Part shown: positions 1-7,913 of the stretch, one piece after another | How the letters are laid out: each line of letters starts with the position of its first letter | Position numbering within the stretch: position 1 is the stretch's first letter | DNA from: a virus | DNA length: 64,000 nucleotides | Reading direction: 5' to 3' (one strand) | IMG/VR virus record: IMGVR_UViG_3300045391_004887 | Coordinates: 1-64,000 of that record | Program-made: the position numbers and the translations under genes | The notes under the pieces: model-generated | The model's input: the letters and a program-made list of their open reading frames with translations, nothing else | The model's database searches: none | What the model was told of the DNA's origin: nothing

Positions 1-886
1 CGCCACCGCCGCCAGGCGTGCCGCCCGCTCCGCCGACGCCGCCCGTGCCGCTGTCCTGCGCGCCGCCGCCGCCACCGCCCGAGCCGCTGCGGATGTCGGT
101 CCCGTCCGCGCCTGCAGTACCGGCGCCGCCGTTGACCGCGCCTGCCGCGCCGCCGTTGCCGCTCAGCGCAGAGTCGGAGCGTGCACCGCTGTAGCCGCCG
201 GCAGCGCCCGCGTTCTCGGTGTTGCCGGTCGGGAGGCCACCGCCACCGCCACCACCACCACCGGCGAAGTAGCTCACGCCGCCCGCGAACGCGGCGCCAC
301 CCGCGGTCGTGATGCCACCGCCACCGCCACCACCGAACACGGCGTTCTGGCCAACGGCAGCAGCGTTGCTGCCTCCTCCGCCCCAGCCTTCGCCCGCGAG
401 GTTGGCGCCGTTGTTCGGCTGTCCGCCCGCGACCGTCGTGGTGGAGCCGATGAGCCCGATCGACATCGCGCCGCCGCCCGAGCCGCCGCCCTTCGCGCCC
501 GATCCCGCTCCGCCGAGGCCCGCGCCGCCGCCGTACGCGTAGACGTGCGGCGCCGAGCCGAAGCCCGATGGATTGCCCGCGTTGCCGTTGCCTGCAGCTG
601 AACCGCCGGTCGCGGTCCCGCCGACCGTGACCGACTCGGTCGCGCCGAGCGCGGCAGCCGGAAACCAACGGAACACGCGCGCGCCGCCGCCGCCGCCCGT
701 CCCGCCCTGTCGCGCGTTGCCGGCAGCGGCACCAAAGCCGCCGCCGCCCGATCCGCCACCGGCGACGACATCGACGAACACGAGCACCGCGCCGGGCGGC
801 TTGGTCCACGTGCCGTTGGCCGTGAACGTCTGCTTGTCGACCAGGCGCAGGCCCTGTGCGATCGGGTTGTTGACGAGGAACGTCAC
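1..886 (-). CDS. Glycine-rich tail-fibre-like protein, first ~295 codons (gene runs off the window at position 1)
   Basis: Not in the ORF track because there is no stop in the window. Reading the minus strand from GTG 886..884 (GTGA overlap with the stop of 883..1560) gives VTFLVNNPIAQGLRLVDKQTFTANGTWTKPPGAVLVFVDVVAGGGSGGGGFGAAAGN..., then an unbroken G/A/S/N-rich run to position 1. The opening 'F..G.W..P.G...V.V..GGGGG' is the signature I associate with phage glycine-rich-domain proteins. Confidence 0.7.
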   Translation of the reverse strand, partial: MTFLVNNPIAQGLRLVDKQTFTANGTWTKPPGAVLVFVDVVAGGGSGGGGFGAAAGNARQGGTGGGGGARVFRWFPAAALGATESVTVGGTATGGSAAGNGNAGNPSGFGSAPHVYAYGGGAGLGGAGSGAKGGGSGGGAMSIGLIGSTTTVAGGQPNNGANLAGEGWGGGGSNAAAVGQNAVFGGGGGGGITTAGGAAFAGGVSYFAGGGGGGGGGLPTGNTENAGAAGGYSGARSDSALSGNGGAAGAVNGGAGTAGADGTDIRSGSGGGGGGAQDSGTGGVGGAGGTPGGGG

Positions 887-1560
887 GGGCGTCCCTGCAG
901 CGCTTCGAGCGTGAGCGTGAACGTCGTGCTGTTCGCGCTCGGCGTGAAGTCTTCGAGCGTTTGCAGCAGCGCGAAGATGGTCTGCGCGCCGCTCACCGGA
1001 GACGTCACGATGTCGACGCCTACTTCGGGCGCGAGCATCGCGACGGCACCGTCGGAGAAGCCATAGAAGTTTCCGACCAGCGTCCCGATGAACGAGCCCT
1101 GCTTCGTGCTGAACGCCGCGTTGTCGCCGCCCACGATGCCGCTGCTCGCGGTCGGGTCCGCGCGGTACAGCCAGACGCGGAACGCTTTGCCCAGCACACC
1201 AGCGCTCGCGAGGCCGGTGTCTGTGGTGGCCAAGCGACCGCGACGAATCACGAGCGGCGCATCGTTGACGTCCGCGAGTGTGACCGAGATCGCGGAGACC
1301 GATCCGGCAGTCGCGTTGTTGCTGACCGCATCGTTGGCCGTGTACGGCGTCGTGTTCGCAGGCCGCGTCATCGCGGACGCGGTCGCGTCCTTGCAACGCA
1401 CGTAGTCGTTGACCGGCATGGGCGCAGACGCCGAGACGTCCACGCCCGTACCGTCCGCGCCCACCACGGGCTTGACGCGCTGCACGAGCACGCCGGCGCC
1501 GATGTCGTCGGCAGCGATCGTCGTGCCCGATCCCGCTGTAATGGCGACGTTGTCGGCCAA
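883..1560 (-). CDS. Hypothetical virion / fibre-associated protein (225 aa)
   Basis: ORF-track protein has balanced composition (MADNVAITAGSGTTIAADD...). TTG start lies 8 nt after a GAGGA. Sits between two fibre-like genes. High GC3 in this frame. Confidence 0.7.
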   Translation of the reverse strand: MADNVAITAGSGTTIAADDIGAGVLVQRVKPVVGADGTGVDVSASAPMPVNDYVRCKDATASAMTRPANTTPYTANDAVSNNATAGSVSAISVTLADVNDAPLVIRRGRLATTDTGLASAGVLGKAFRVWLYRADPTASSGIVGGDNAAFSTKQGSFIGTLVGNFYGFSDGAVAMLAPEVGVDIVTSPVSGAQTIFALLQTLEDFTPSANSTTFTLTLEALQGRP

Positions 1561-1564
1561 GGGC

Positions 1565-2248
1565 TCAGTCCTCGGTGATCGAGATCTGGCCGATGGCGAT
1601 GCTCGGCGTGATCAGGTTCGCGACCGCGAGCGGGGTCACCTTGAACATCACACCGCTGCCGTCAGCGGTGATGTCGATCGTGGTGCCGCCGCTGGTCGTC
1701 GCGATCGTGATGTTGTCCGAGTCCGGAACGGTCTTGACGAAGTAGACCGTGCCCTCGGTAATGCCCGCCGGGAGCGTCGCGTTCGGAGGCGCGTAGAACA
1801 CGACGCGGTCGTCGACCGAGAGCCCGTGGCCCTTGTTCGTGATCTGATCGTTGCTGTTCTCGCCGACGAACGGGCCCTTGGGGGAGCCGATCGGTCCGTA
1901 GTAGAGGAGCTTGCCGGCGCCCGAGCTCGCGGTGCCGATCGTCCAGAACATCAGCGTCGCGCCAGTCGCTCCGCACTGCGCGAAGTTGATCGCCGCAGCG
2001 TTGGTGACCGTGTTGGAGCTGACCGTCCAGCCGCCGCTCGTACGCGCTACCGCGACGCGAGCGTAGTTCGTATACGCGGTTTCGTTCGTGGTCTGGTCGC
2101 CACCCTCGCCAGGATTGGCAGTGCACAGACCGACGTAGAGGTTCGTGGCTGGAGACGCCGCCGCGTTGTCCGCGATGTTCGCGATCGCGGTGGCGGTAAA
2201 GAGGAGCTTGAGCCAGTCATTTTCGAGTGTGTTACCTTTAGATGACAT
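1565..2248 (-). CDS. Putative tail fibre / receptor-binding protein (227 aa)
   Basis: MSSKGNTLENDWLKLLFTATAIANIADNAA...LYVGLCTANPGEGGDQTTNETAYTNYARVAV... The N-terminal 'N.LEN.WL.LLF ... LYVGL.T..P.E.G....E..Y..Y.R' pattern recalls phage fibre proteins. GGAGA SD lies upstream of the ATG. Confidence 0.65.
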   Translation of the reverse strand: MSSKGNTLENDWLKLLFTATAIANIADNAAASPATNLYVGLCTANPGEGGDQTTNETAYTNYARVAVARTSGGWTVSSNTVTNAAAINFAQCGATGATLMFWTIGTASSGAGKLLYYGPIGSPKGPFVGENSNDQITNKGHGLSVDDRVVFYAPPNATLPAGITEGTVYFVKTVPDSDNITIATTSGGTTIDITADGSGVMFKVTPLAVANLITPSIAIGQISITED

Positions 2249-2358
2249 TTGTAATCGTCTCCTCGCGCGCAGCGCGCAGGTGTGCCTTTCGCCACGCTCG
2301 AAGCGCCGAGCGGCGTTGCCTTGGGTTCAGCTGTAGGAGGCTCAGCCCGCGACGGGGG

Positions 2359-2841
2359 TCACTTCAGCAGCACGCTGTCAGCTGCTTCCCGCAGCGACTT
2401 GCGCTGGTTGATCTCGTCGAGCGTGTGGAAGCAAGCCGCCCATCCGATCGTGTCCGATTCGAAAGCCTTGCGATCTACGGCGCCGTGTTTGCCGCCCGCG
2501 AGCGCGACATGCCGTGCGTAAAGGGCGCGTAGTTCCTGCTCGAGCAGGCACGTGCGCGCTTCGGCGAGCGCAGCTCGTGTCGTCAGCTGAACGATCAGCG
2601 GGTTGAGCTTCAGTTCGAGCGCTCGCGACGCGATGACACCATCGTCGGTCGTTGGCGTCGGGTCGGGCTCGCCGAGCGGTGGTGGAGGTGGCGTGATCGC
2701 GCGCTGCGAAGTCGTGCGCGGCGGGTCAGCGGGGTGCTCGTTATGCGCGAGACCGCCGAGATAGCCACCGGCGCCGACCATGAGCGCAGCCAGGCCGTAG
2801 CCCAGCGACTGCCACATGCCCTTGGTACTGCGCTCCGCCAT
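2359..2841 (-). CDS. N-terminally membrane-anchored, Pro-rich-linker plus coiled-coil protein (i-spanin-like, last gene of the lysis block)
   Basis: TM segment GMWQSLGYGLAALMVGAGGYLGGLA, then PPRTTSQRAITPPPPPLGEPDP, then a helical C-terminus. Position is downstream of the amidase. Confidence 0.55.
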   Translation of the reverse strand: MAERSTKGMWQSLGYGLAALMVGAGGYLGGLAHNEHPADPPRTTSQRAITPPPPPLGEPDPTPTTDDGVIASRALELKLNPLIVQLTTRAALAEARTCLLEQELRALYARHVALAGGKHGAVDRKAFESDTIGWAACFHTLDEINQRKSLREAADSVLLK

Positions 2842-2860
2842 GCATCACCGCCAAAGCTCC

Positions 2861-3196
2861 CTACCGACCGGCGGCGCTGACTGCCCACTGGAAGATCTGA
2901 ATGAGCGCCCACACCCCCATCGAACCGGCGCCGAACGCGATCCATCCGGCCGAGCGCGTCGCCAGCTTCTTGATCGTGTCGAGCGTGTCCTTCGTGTCTT
3001 TCCAATTCTGCTCGAGCACCGCGACGCGCTCTCCGACACTGGTCGAGTGCTGCAGCGCGTGACCCGCCAACGCATCGCTGCGAACAGCGGAGTCGTGGAC
3101 GCTGAGCAGCGTTCGGAGTTCGGTCATCTTCAGCGAATCGTCCAAGTGCTCCTCCGCGCTCGGTCGTGTCTGCACCGCGCTCACCGCTGCAGTCAT
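2861..3196 (-). CDS. Small protein with C-terminal TM helix (holin / lysis accessory candidate)
   Basis: Start trimmed to ATG 3196..3194, which forms an ATGA overlap with the stop of 3193..3627. C-terminal segment AGWIAFGAGSMGVWALIQIFQWAV is hydrophobic. Confidence 0.55.
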   Translation of the reverse strand: MTAAVSAVQTRPSAEEHLDDSLKMTELRTLLSVHDSAVRSDALAGHALQHSTSVGERVAVLEQNWKDTKDTLDTIKKLATRSAGWIAFGAGSMGVWALIQIFQWAVSAAGR

Positions 3197-3627
3197 CGAT
3201 CCCCCTTGGGCTTGTTCCATGCACCGCGCACCTTTCGTGTCGCGTCCTGCTCGTGGGCGAGCACCGGGGCCGCGCGGGGCACGGTCGGGTCATCGTTGCC
3301 GACGGGAGTGGATACTCCCTTGGGAAGCGGGCGCGGCGGGATCGACGTTGGGAGCCGGGCGTCCGCCTGCAGGTTCTCGAGCACCTCGCTGACCGCGGGC
3401 GTCAGCGCGTGGACGCCGAGCGTTCCTGCGAGCACCCGAACGCAGCGCTTGAGCGCATCGTTGCGACGCGTTGCGACGACAAGCTCGATCAGCGCGTTGT
3501 GCACCGTCTCGCCTCGGAGCTCGACGCGCAGCGCTGGGCTCAGCCGATCGTTCAGCAGATCGATGAGCTCGGCGTGCCTGACTTCCGCGAGCACCTGCGC
3601 TCCGCGCGCGTCGGTGTGATGGCTCAC
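3193..3627 (-). CDS. Hypothetical protein (144 aa) inside the lysis block
   Basis: Only the C-terminal half of track ORF 3193..4074 looks coding (VSHHTDARGAQVLAEVRHAELIDLLNDRLSPALRVEL...). GTG 3627..3625 makes a GTGA overlap with the stop of 3624..3914. Confidence 0.55.
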   Translation of the reverse strand: MSHHTDARGAQVLAEVRHAELIDLLNDRLSPALRVELRGETVHNALIELVVATRRNDALKRCVRVLAGTLGVHALTPAVSEVLENLQADARLPTSIPPRPLPKGVSTPVGNDDPTVPRAAPVLAHEQDATRKVRGAWNKPKGDR

Positions 3628-3914
3628 CGCTTCTTCCCGCGCGGCATCTGGAAGGGTGCCGGGCGCTCCGAGCCCGGGATCACCACCTTCGCCACCGGAT
3701 TGTCGGGGACCGTTGGCCTCGTGGAAGCGTCGGATTCGGTGGGCGTGAAGTGAAACTCCAAGTCCTCCTCGGGGAGCGTCCGAAGTAGCTCGTCCTCGAT
3801 CGCTTGCTGGTCGATCGGCGGCTTCGGCCCAGCGCCGGCGCGGGCCTCGATGAAGGAACGCAGACTCCGCAGCACGGAGCGCGGAAGCAAAAGCACGCGG
3901 GTGGGCCAGCGCAT
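3624..3914 (-). CDS. Hypothetical protein (96 aa)
   Basis: ORF-track protein. ATG lies 3 nt after the amidase stop. Acidic central part (IEDELLRTLPEEDLEFHF). Confidence 0.5.
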   Translation of the reverse strand: MRWPTRVLLLPRSVLRSLRSFIEARAGAGPKPPIDQQAIEDELLRTLPEEDLEFHFTPTESDASTRPTVPDNPVAKVVIPGSERPAPFQMPRGKKR

Positions 3915-3917
3915 GGG

Positions 3918-4562
3918 TCACTCGTCGTTCCGGCCGAACAGCCGGCTGCGGAAGCTCTCGAGGTTCAGCGCAGGCCCCGGGTCGAGCTTGCGCTTGGGAG
4001 CGATGTCGTCGTGGCCAACGACCTCGACGATGCTCGGATAAGCGGCCATGAGCGCGCGGCAGACTTCCTCGCACGCTTCGATCTGGTCGCTCGTGTACGC
4101 GTGCCAGCCTCGGACGCCGCCGCCGTGCTTGTGCTCAGCGATCACGACGTCATCGCCGCCGACCTTCGCGCCCCAGGCCGTCACCCAGCCGACCGCTGTG
4201 CGGTGGAGCAGGCCAGCGTTGTCGAGCTCGATGCCGATCGAGAACTGGTTCAGCCCGTGCATGGGCACGTGTGCGTAGCCTCGTGCACCGCCCAGCACGA
4301 GCGAGCTTTCCCCCGCATGCCACGCGCGTTGATCGAACGGCACGAGCTGAGCGATCGATCCGCCGCGCCCGATCACGATGTGCGCCGACGCCTTGGCCGC
4401 TGGGTCGCAGAGCCACTTGCAAGACTGCTCGAAGCTGCGGCCGGCGGTGTAGTGCAGAACGATCACGGCCGGCGCCACGAGCTCGCGCGCGTGGTTCGGC
4501 GACGCGATGAACGGAATCGGCGCACCGTCGTCGCGGTGCAGTAGGTGGTGCTCGACCTTCAC
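3918..4562 (-). CDS. Endolysin, N-acetylmuramoyl-L-alanine amidase (Amidase_2 / PGRP-T7 lysozyme fold)
   Basis: Motifs LHYTAG, AHIVIGRGGSIAQLVPFDQRAWHAG, NQFSIGIELDNAG, VVGHDDIAPKRKLDPGP. Start trimmed to GTG 4562..4560 (GTGA overlap with the stop of 4559..4849). The upstream part of track ORF 3918..4853 is Arg-rich junk. Confidence 0.85.
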   Translation of the reverse strand: MKVEHHLLHRDDGAPIPFIASPNHARELVAPAVIVLHYTAGRSFEQSCKWLCDPAAKASAHIVIGRGGSIAQLVPFDQRAWHAGESSLVLGGARGYAHVPMHGLNQFSIGIELDNAGLLHRTAVGWVTAWGAKVGGDDVVIAEHKHGGGVRGWHAYTSDQIEACEEVCRALMAAYPSIVEVVGHDDIAPKRKLDPGPALNLESFRSRLFGRNDE

Positions 4563-4849
4563 TTCGGGGCCCTCCGCTTCGCACGCTCGAGCGCCGCTGC
4601 GATCGCCTTCTCCTCGCCGACCTTCGTCAGCGCGCGGCGCGCGCGGGGACTCTTCGCGATGATGCGGTGCGAGCTGTTGCGCGCCAGAGACTGGTTCTCG
4701 TCGTCCTCGCCCTGGTGCCAGAAGCTCGCGCGACTGACCACGTGATCGGCTTCGAGCCGAACGAGCCAGCTGTGCGCGACCTTGATCGCGGCGAGCAGCA
4801 GACCGACCAGCGCGAGCTGCACGGCTTCGTTGTGCAGGACGTCGTCCAT
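4559..4849 (-). CDS. Single-TM small protein immediately upstream of the endolysin (holin candidate)
   Basis: MDDVLHNEAVQLALVGLLLAAIKVAHSWLV has one hydrophobic helix followed by a charged tail. Translationally coupled to the amidase. Confidence 0.5.
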   Translation of the reverse strand: MDDVLHNEAVQLALVGLLLAAIKVAHSWLVRLEADHVVSRASFWHQGEDDENQSLARNSSHRIIAKSPRARRALTKVGEEKAIAAALERAKRRAPK

Positions 4850-4855
4850 ACAACC

Positions 4856-4923
4856 TCGATAAGGAAACCCACCGGAGCCCGTTGCTCGAACGACCAGGAG
4901 GATCAGGTCACGGGCCCGGTGGG
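4856..4923 (-). terminator. Intrinsic-terminator-like long hairpin plus U-rich tract between the cargo cassette and the lysis cassette
   Basis: Minus-strand RNA is CCCACCGG-GCCCGU-(GACC..GGUC loop)-ACGGGC-U-CCGGUGGG followed by UUUCCUUAU. It lies 7 nt upstream of the 4849 start. Confidence 0.5.
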
Positions 4924-4970
4924 CGCGTGGGGAGCGAACGTGTAAGCGCCGCTTGCAGGCGGACGCGGGC

Positions 4971-5774
4971 CTACAGCGACGGCGCCGGGATGGTCGGGCG
5001 CACGTGCTGCGGGCCGCCGGCGAGCCGGTGCTTGGTGCGCGACCAGGCGTGGTCGAGCGCGGCCGCGCGCGTCACGGTCATAGCCCTGCGCATCGCGGGC
5101 CACTCGTTCCAGTAGCGCCACTCGCCATCGGCGCCGCGCGCGCGCATCACCATGTAGCCGTCGGGCGCGAGCTCGCCCGGGCCGGCGAGCCGGCGTGCGT
5201 AGTCGAAGCGCCCGCCGTCGTGCACGAACATCCCCTTCGCGAAGGGATCGGCGAGGCTCGCGTCGAACCAGGCCGGCGTCACGAAGTTGGCGACGGGCCA
5301 CGACGTGCCCGCGTGCAAAATCTCGTAGGTGTCCTGGCAGGGGTCACAGTCTTCGAGCGCGACCTCGATGCCCGCGCTCATCGTCGGGTGCTGGCGCCAC
5401 TGGTCGATCGTCGGGTCGACCATCGCCTCGAGGATCTCGTGCGCCGCGCTCTCGCAGACCGAGTACGGGCCCGTGCTCAAGCCGCTGGTGTGGTCGACGT
5501 AGACGCGACCCGCTGGCCCGTTGCGGACCGGATCCCAGTAGTGCACCGCGAGCACGCCCGCGTCGCCCTCGTTGTCGACGAACACGATCGGGCGGCAGTG
5601 CGGCGGCAGCTGGCCGCGGTCCTCCGCAATCACCACCGCCGGCGCCGGCATGCCCCACGCGGCCGCGCAGTGCTGCGCGTTCTGCTCGAGCGGCCACGCC
5701 ATCCGCATCAGGTCCGCTGGGCGGACGAGCGGCGTCTCGGTGCAGAGCGCGAAGGTGTAGCGTTGTCCGGTCAT
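4971..5774 (-). CDS. Hypothetical cargo protein (267 aa) with Cys/His/acidic clusters (SAAHEILEAMVDP, EDCDPCQD)
   Basis: Balanced composition and high GC3. ATG 5774..5772 lies 2 nt after the stop of 5777..6346, with GGTGGAG upstream. I do not recognise a family. Confidence 0.7.
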   Translation of the reverse strand: MTGQRYTFALCTETPLVRPADLMRMAWPLEQNAQHCAAAWGMPAPAVVIAEDRGQLPPHCRPIVFVDNEGDAGVLAVHYWDPVRNGPAGRVYVDHTSGLSTGPYSVCESAAHEILEAMVDPTIDQWRQHPTMSAGIEVALEDCDPCQDTYEILHAGTSWPVANFVTPAWFDASLADPFAKGMFVHDGGRFDYARRLAGPGELAPDGYMVMRARGADGEWRYWNEWPAMRRAMTVTRAAALDHAWSRTKHRLAGGPQHVRPTIPAPSL

Positions 5775-5776
5775 GC

Positions 5777-6346
5777 TCAGCACTCCACCAGCTGCCCGTC
5801 GCGCAGCCAGCCGTGGTAGCCGGGAGTGCCGTGGAAAAGGATGCTGGGGCTTGCCGTTACGCGCGGCGCTTCACCGGTGCGCGTCCAGCGCCCGCCGCCG
5901 CTCGAGATGCTGTCGACGAGCCAGTCTCCCGCCGGCGTCTTCACCACGAGAGAGCGCCCATCCGGGCCCTTGAAGGTGTCTTCGTACCAAGGCGCAAACC
6001 ACATCGCGCCCGGCGGCGCGTCGTCGAGCGTGAACAGCTCGCCGGTGTCGACGCGGCGCCAAAGCCGGTCGACGTTGTACTGCCATTGGTCCGTGTCGGC
6101 GAAGGCGTAGCCGCAACCGCAGTGCGTGGGCCACAGCGGATCGCTGTGGTCCTTCGCATCCATGCCGTAGCCATTGGACTTGGGGTCGAGCGGGAACGCG
6201 ATGTGTCCGCGCACCGCGCTCGCGTTGTGGTAGCCGTGCGGCAGCGGGCATTTCTGGCCCTCGCCGCTCCAGACGAAGCGGCGGAGCGACTCCTGCGCCT
6301 GATCGCTCGGCTCGAGCAGGAAGCACTGGATGACGCCGCCGCTCAC
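5777..6346 (-). CDS. Cys/His-rich hypothetical protein (189 aa), C-terminus reminiscent of the DUF6527-type phage family
   Basis: Start trimmed to GTG 6346..6344 (GTGA overlap with the stop of 6343..6768). Contains CPLPHGYH, HCGCGY and the C-terminal ...WTRTGEAPRVTASPSILFHGTPGYHGWLRDGQLVEC. The family assignment is from memory only. Confidence 0.65.
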   Translation of the reverse strand: MSGGVIQCFLLEPSDQAQESLRRFVWSGEGQKCPLPHGYHNASAVRGHIAFPLDPKSNGYGMDAKDHSDPLWPTHCGCGYAFADTDQWQYNVDRLWRRVDTGELFTLDDAPPGAMWFAPWYEDTFKGPDGRSLVVKTPAGDWLVDSISSGGGRWTRTGEAPRVTASPSILFHGTPGYHGWLRDGQLVEC

Positions 6347-6768
6347 GGCTCGTACGCCTTGTTGCTCCGCACGTGCACGCCCCTCGCATCGAGGAAGCTC
6401 TGCGCGCGCGCTGCGCTCGCCAAGCGCTCGGGGCTCGAGCTCACGCCAGGCCGCGTCCACTCGCTCTTGAGCAGGTCGACCAGGCAGGAGATGACGCTGG
6501 CGCCGTGCTCGCGCGCCAGCTGATCGAGCTTCGCGCTGGCGGTGGGTCCGATCGCGGTCTGCGTCGCCTCATCGCCCGGCACCTCGGCGCTCTGCAGGAT
6601 CGTGCTGACCGTGCTCACCACGTCGTCGATCACGGGCCCGCAGTCGAGCGCGGTCTGCGGCCAGTCGATCTTGTCGGGGTGACAGCTGTAGGCCGGCACC
6701 AAGCAGGTGGAGAGCAGCAGGACGCAGCCGAGCGCCGCGCCGCGAAGGCGTCGTTGGATGGCACGCAT
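6343..6768 (-). CDS. Secreted / lipoprotein-like small protein (141 aa)
   Basis: Internal ATG 6768..6766 preceded by GAGG. MRAIQRRLRGAALGCVLLLSTCLVPAYSC has a charged n-region, a hydrophobic core and Cys candidates (LLSTC / AYSC; neither is a canonical lipobox). Confidence 0.6.
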   Translation of the reverse strand: MRAIQRRLRGAALGCVLLLSTCLVPAYSCHPDKIDWPQTALDCGPVIDDVVSTVSTILQSAEVPGDEATQTAIGPTASAKLDQLAREHGASVISCLVDLLKSEWTRPGVSSSPERLASAARAQSFLDARGVHVRSNKAYEP

Positions 6769-6864
6769 TGGAACCTCGTCTGGAATCGGTTTGGAACCGT
6801 CGAGAATCGATCGCGATACCTGGATCAATCTCGAACTTTAAAGGACACAGCTGAACCGAACGAA
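6769..6864 (-). promoter_or_regulatory. AT-richer spacer upstream of the cargo cassette (possible moron promoter)
   Basis: Locally low GC (…tttaaaggacacagctgaaccgaacgaatcagg…). Nested palindromes atcgatcgcgat. No convincing -35/-10 pair could be fixed by eye. Confidence 0.3.
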
Positions 6865-7185
6865 TCAGGCGGCTGCGGCCTGCGGCGCGCGCCGGTTTGG
6901 TCGGGGCAGCAGCGATCGCTGTCGCGGCAGCGGTCGAGGCCCGATCGCGCTGATCGGTGCTCGAGCAGGCGCGCGGTCGGCATTGGCGGGCAGCGCGCCC
7001 TCGAAGTAGCGGCGCTTCGCGGTCCGAGCGCTCCGCGCAAAGCCCGAGATCGCAGCTTCCAAGCGCGCGTGAGCGATCGCGTTCGTGTGCAAGCGGCAGT
7101 TGCAAGCCGTCTGGCATCCGAAGTCGACCACGATCACGAAGCACTGCGCGCTCGTGCCGTACGGCGTTGGGAGGAAGGCAGCCAT
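6865..7185 (-). CDS. Possible small Cys-rich protein (106 aa); C-terminal third may be non-coding read-through
   Basis: ATG 7185..7183 overlaps the TGA of 7185..7901 by 1 nt. The first ~70 codons have high GC3 (MAAFLPTPYGTSAQCFVIVVDFGCQTACNCRLH...). The tail is R/P/A low complexity. Confidence 0.4.
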   Translation of the reverse strand: MAAFLPTPYGTSAQCFVIVVDFGCQTACNCRLHTNAIAHARLEAAISGFARSARTAKRRYFEGALPANADRAPARAPISAIGPRPLPRQRSLLPRPNRRAPQAAAA

Positions 7186-7901
7186 CAGGAGATCGCGAGT
7201 CCGAACCGCCTGCGCACGTACGCCTTGACCATCGCGTCCTTGGCGTCCGTGGGCGTGTCGACGTAGATGCAGAACGCGAACGAGCCCGCGGCGTTTCCGG
7301 GCTCACCAAAGCGCTGCGTGTTGATCGCCTTCAGCGTGTCTGTGCCGGTGAGATTCGGTGATGCGAGCGTGCCATCGATCTCGTACCGCGCTCCGGTCGA
7401 GAGCGGCCGCAACGCATGGAGGTGCCAGCCGCTCCCGAATGCAGGGGTGGTGACGAGGGCGACCTGAGTGCCTCCGCTGAATTCTGCGAACGCCTCGAAG
7501 TGCGACGAGCCGTTGTAAAACTCGCCCGTGATGAATGCGCCGTTCGCTGCTTGGCAGACCGAGCGCGAAGAACCGCCCAGCGCGAGCACGGCGTACATCC
7601 CCACACGGTTGGCGGCGCCGTGCGAAACCGTCGCCGCGAGCGTTCGATCGACATCCTGCAGCTCGATGTACGGGCACCCTCCAGGGCCACCGCTTGCGTG
7701 GTGCAGCGGCTGGTTGATTGCGGTGGCCTGCGCAGCGTGCGAGCTGCCAACGCGGTCGTTCAGCTGCGAGACGTTGCCGCTGTTCAGCGACAAGAGCGAG
7801 CCCGCGCCCGCGGGTACCTCCCACCAATGCAGCAAGCTCGCGCCGAGCCCCGACAGGACTGGCTCTTGCCGCAGCGTCGACCGTGCACCGCCATTTCTCA
7901 C
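7185..7901 (-). CDS. Fibre-associated protein, paralogue B (238 aa)
   Basis: (M/V)RNGGARSTLRQEPVLSGLGASLLHWWEVPAGAGSLLSLNSGNVSQLNDR ... GWHLHALRPLSTGARYEIDGT ... VKAYVRRRFGLAIS. Clear paralogue of 7914..8633. Confidence 0.75.
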   Translation of the reverse strand: MRNGGARSTLRQEPVLSGLGASLLHWWEVPAGAGSLLSLNSGNVSQLNDRVGSSHAAQATAINQPLHHASGGPGGCPYIELQDVDRTLAATVSHGAANRVGMYAVLALGGSSRSVCQAANGAFITGEFYNGSSHFEAFAEFSGGTQVALVTTPAFGSGWHLHALRPLSTGARYEIDGTLASPNLTGTDTLKAINTQRFGEPGNAAGSFAFCIYVDTPTDAKDAMVKAYVRRRFGLAIS

Positions 7902-7913
7902 GAGCGACCCCGT

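Noticed and set aside
1-880. Glycine-codon-rich DNA (also 9200-9750) as a tandem repeat or CRISPR-like array
   Set aside because: No regular repeat-spacer periodicity. The tracts translate into continuous Gly-rich fibre domains in the minus-strand frame.
274-2245. Track ORFs 274..771(-), 309..542(+), 573..914(+), 961..1578(+), 1088..1405(+), 1409..2245(+), 1662..2126(-)
   Set aside because: Arg/Ala/Pro-rich 'shadow' ORFs typical of GC-rich DNA. They overlap better-composed genes (1..886, 883..1560, 1565..2248) in other frames or on the other strand.
2359-3220. Embedded Rz1-type o-spanin inside the i-spanin-like gene
   Set aside because: I found no alternative-frame ORF with a lipobox on the minus strand here. 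The overlapping track ORFs (2610..3293, 2845..3075) are Arg-rich junk.
3918-4853. N-terminal extensions of track ORFs (e.g. 3918..4853, 3193..4074, 5777..6460, 7914..9098, 21912..22721, 25164..25952, 36003..36731, 36368..36997, 39740..40378, 45766..47037, 52788..53441, 53042..53638, 53347..54003, 61369..62592, 62214..62927)
   Set aside because: The upstream parts are Arg-rich junk overlapping the preceding gene. An internal ATG/GTG forming an ATGA/GTGA/TGATG junction with the preceding stop gives a sensible protein in every case.
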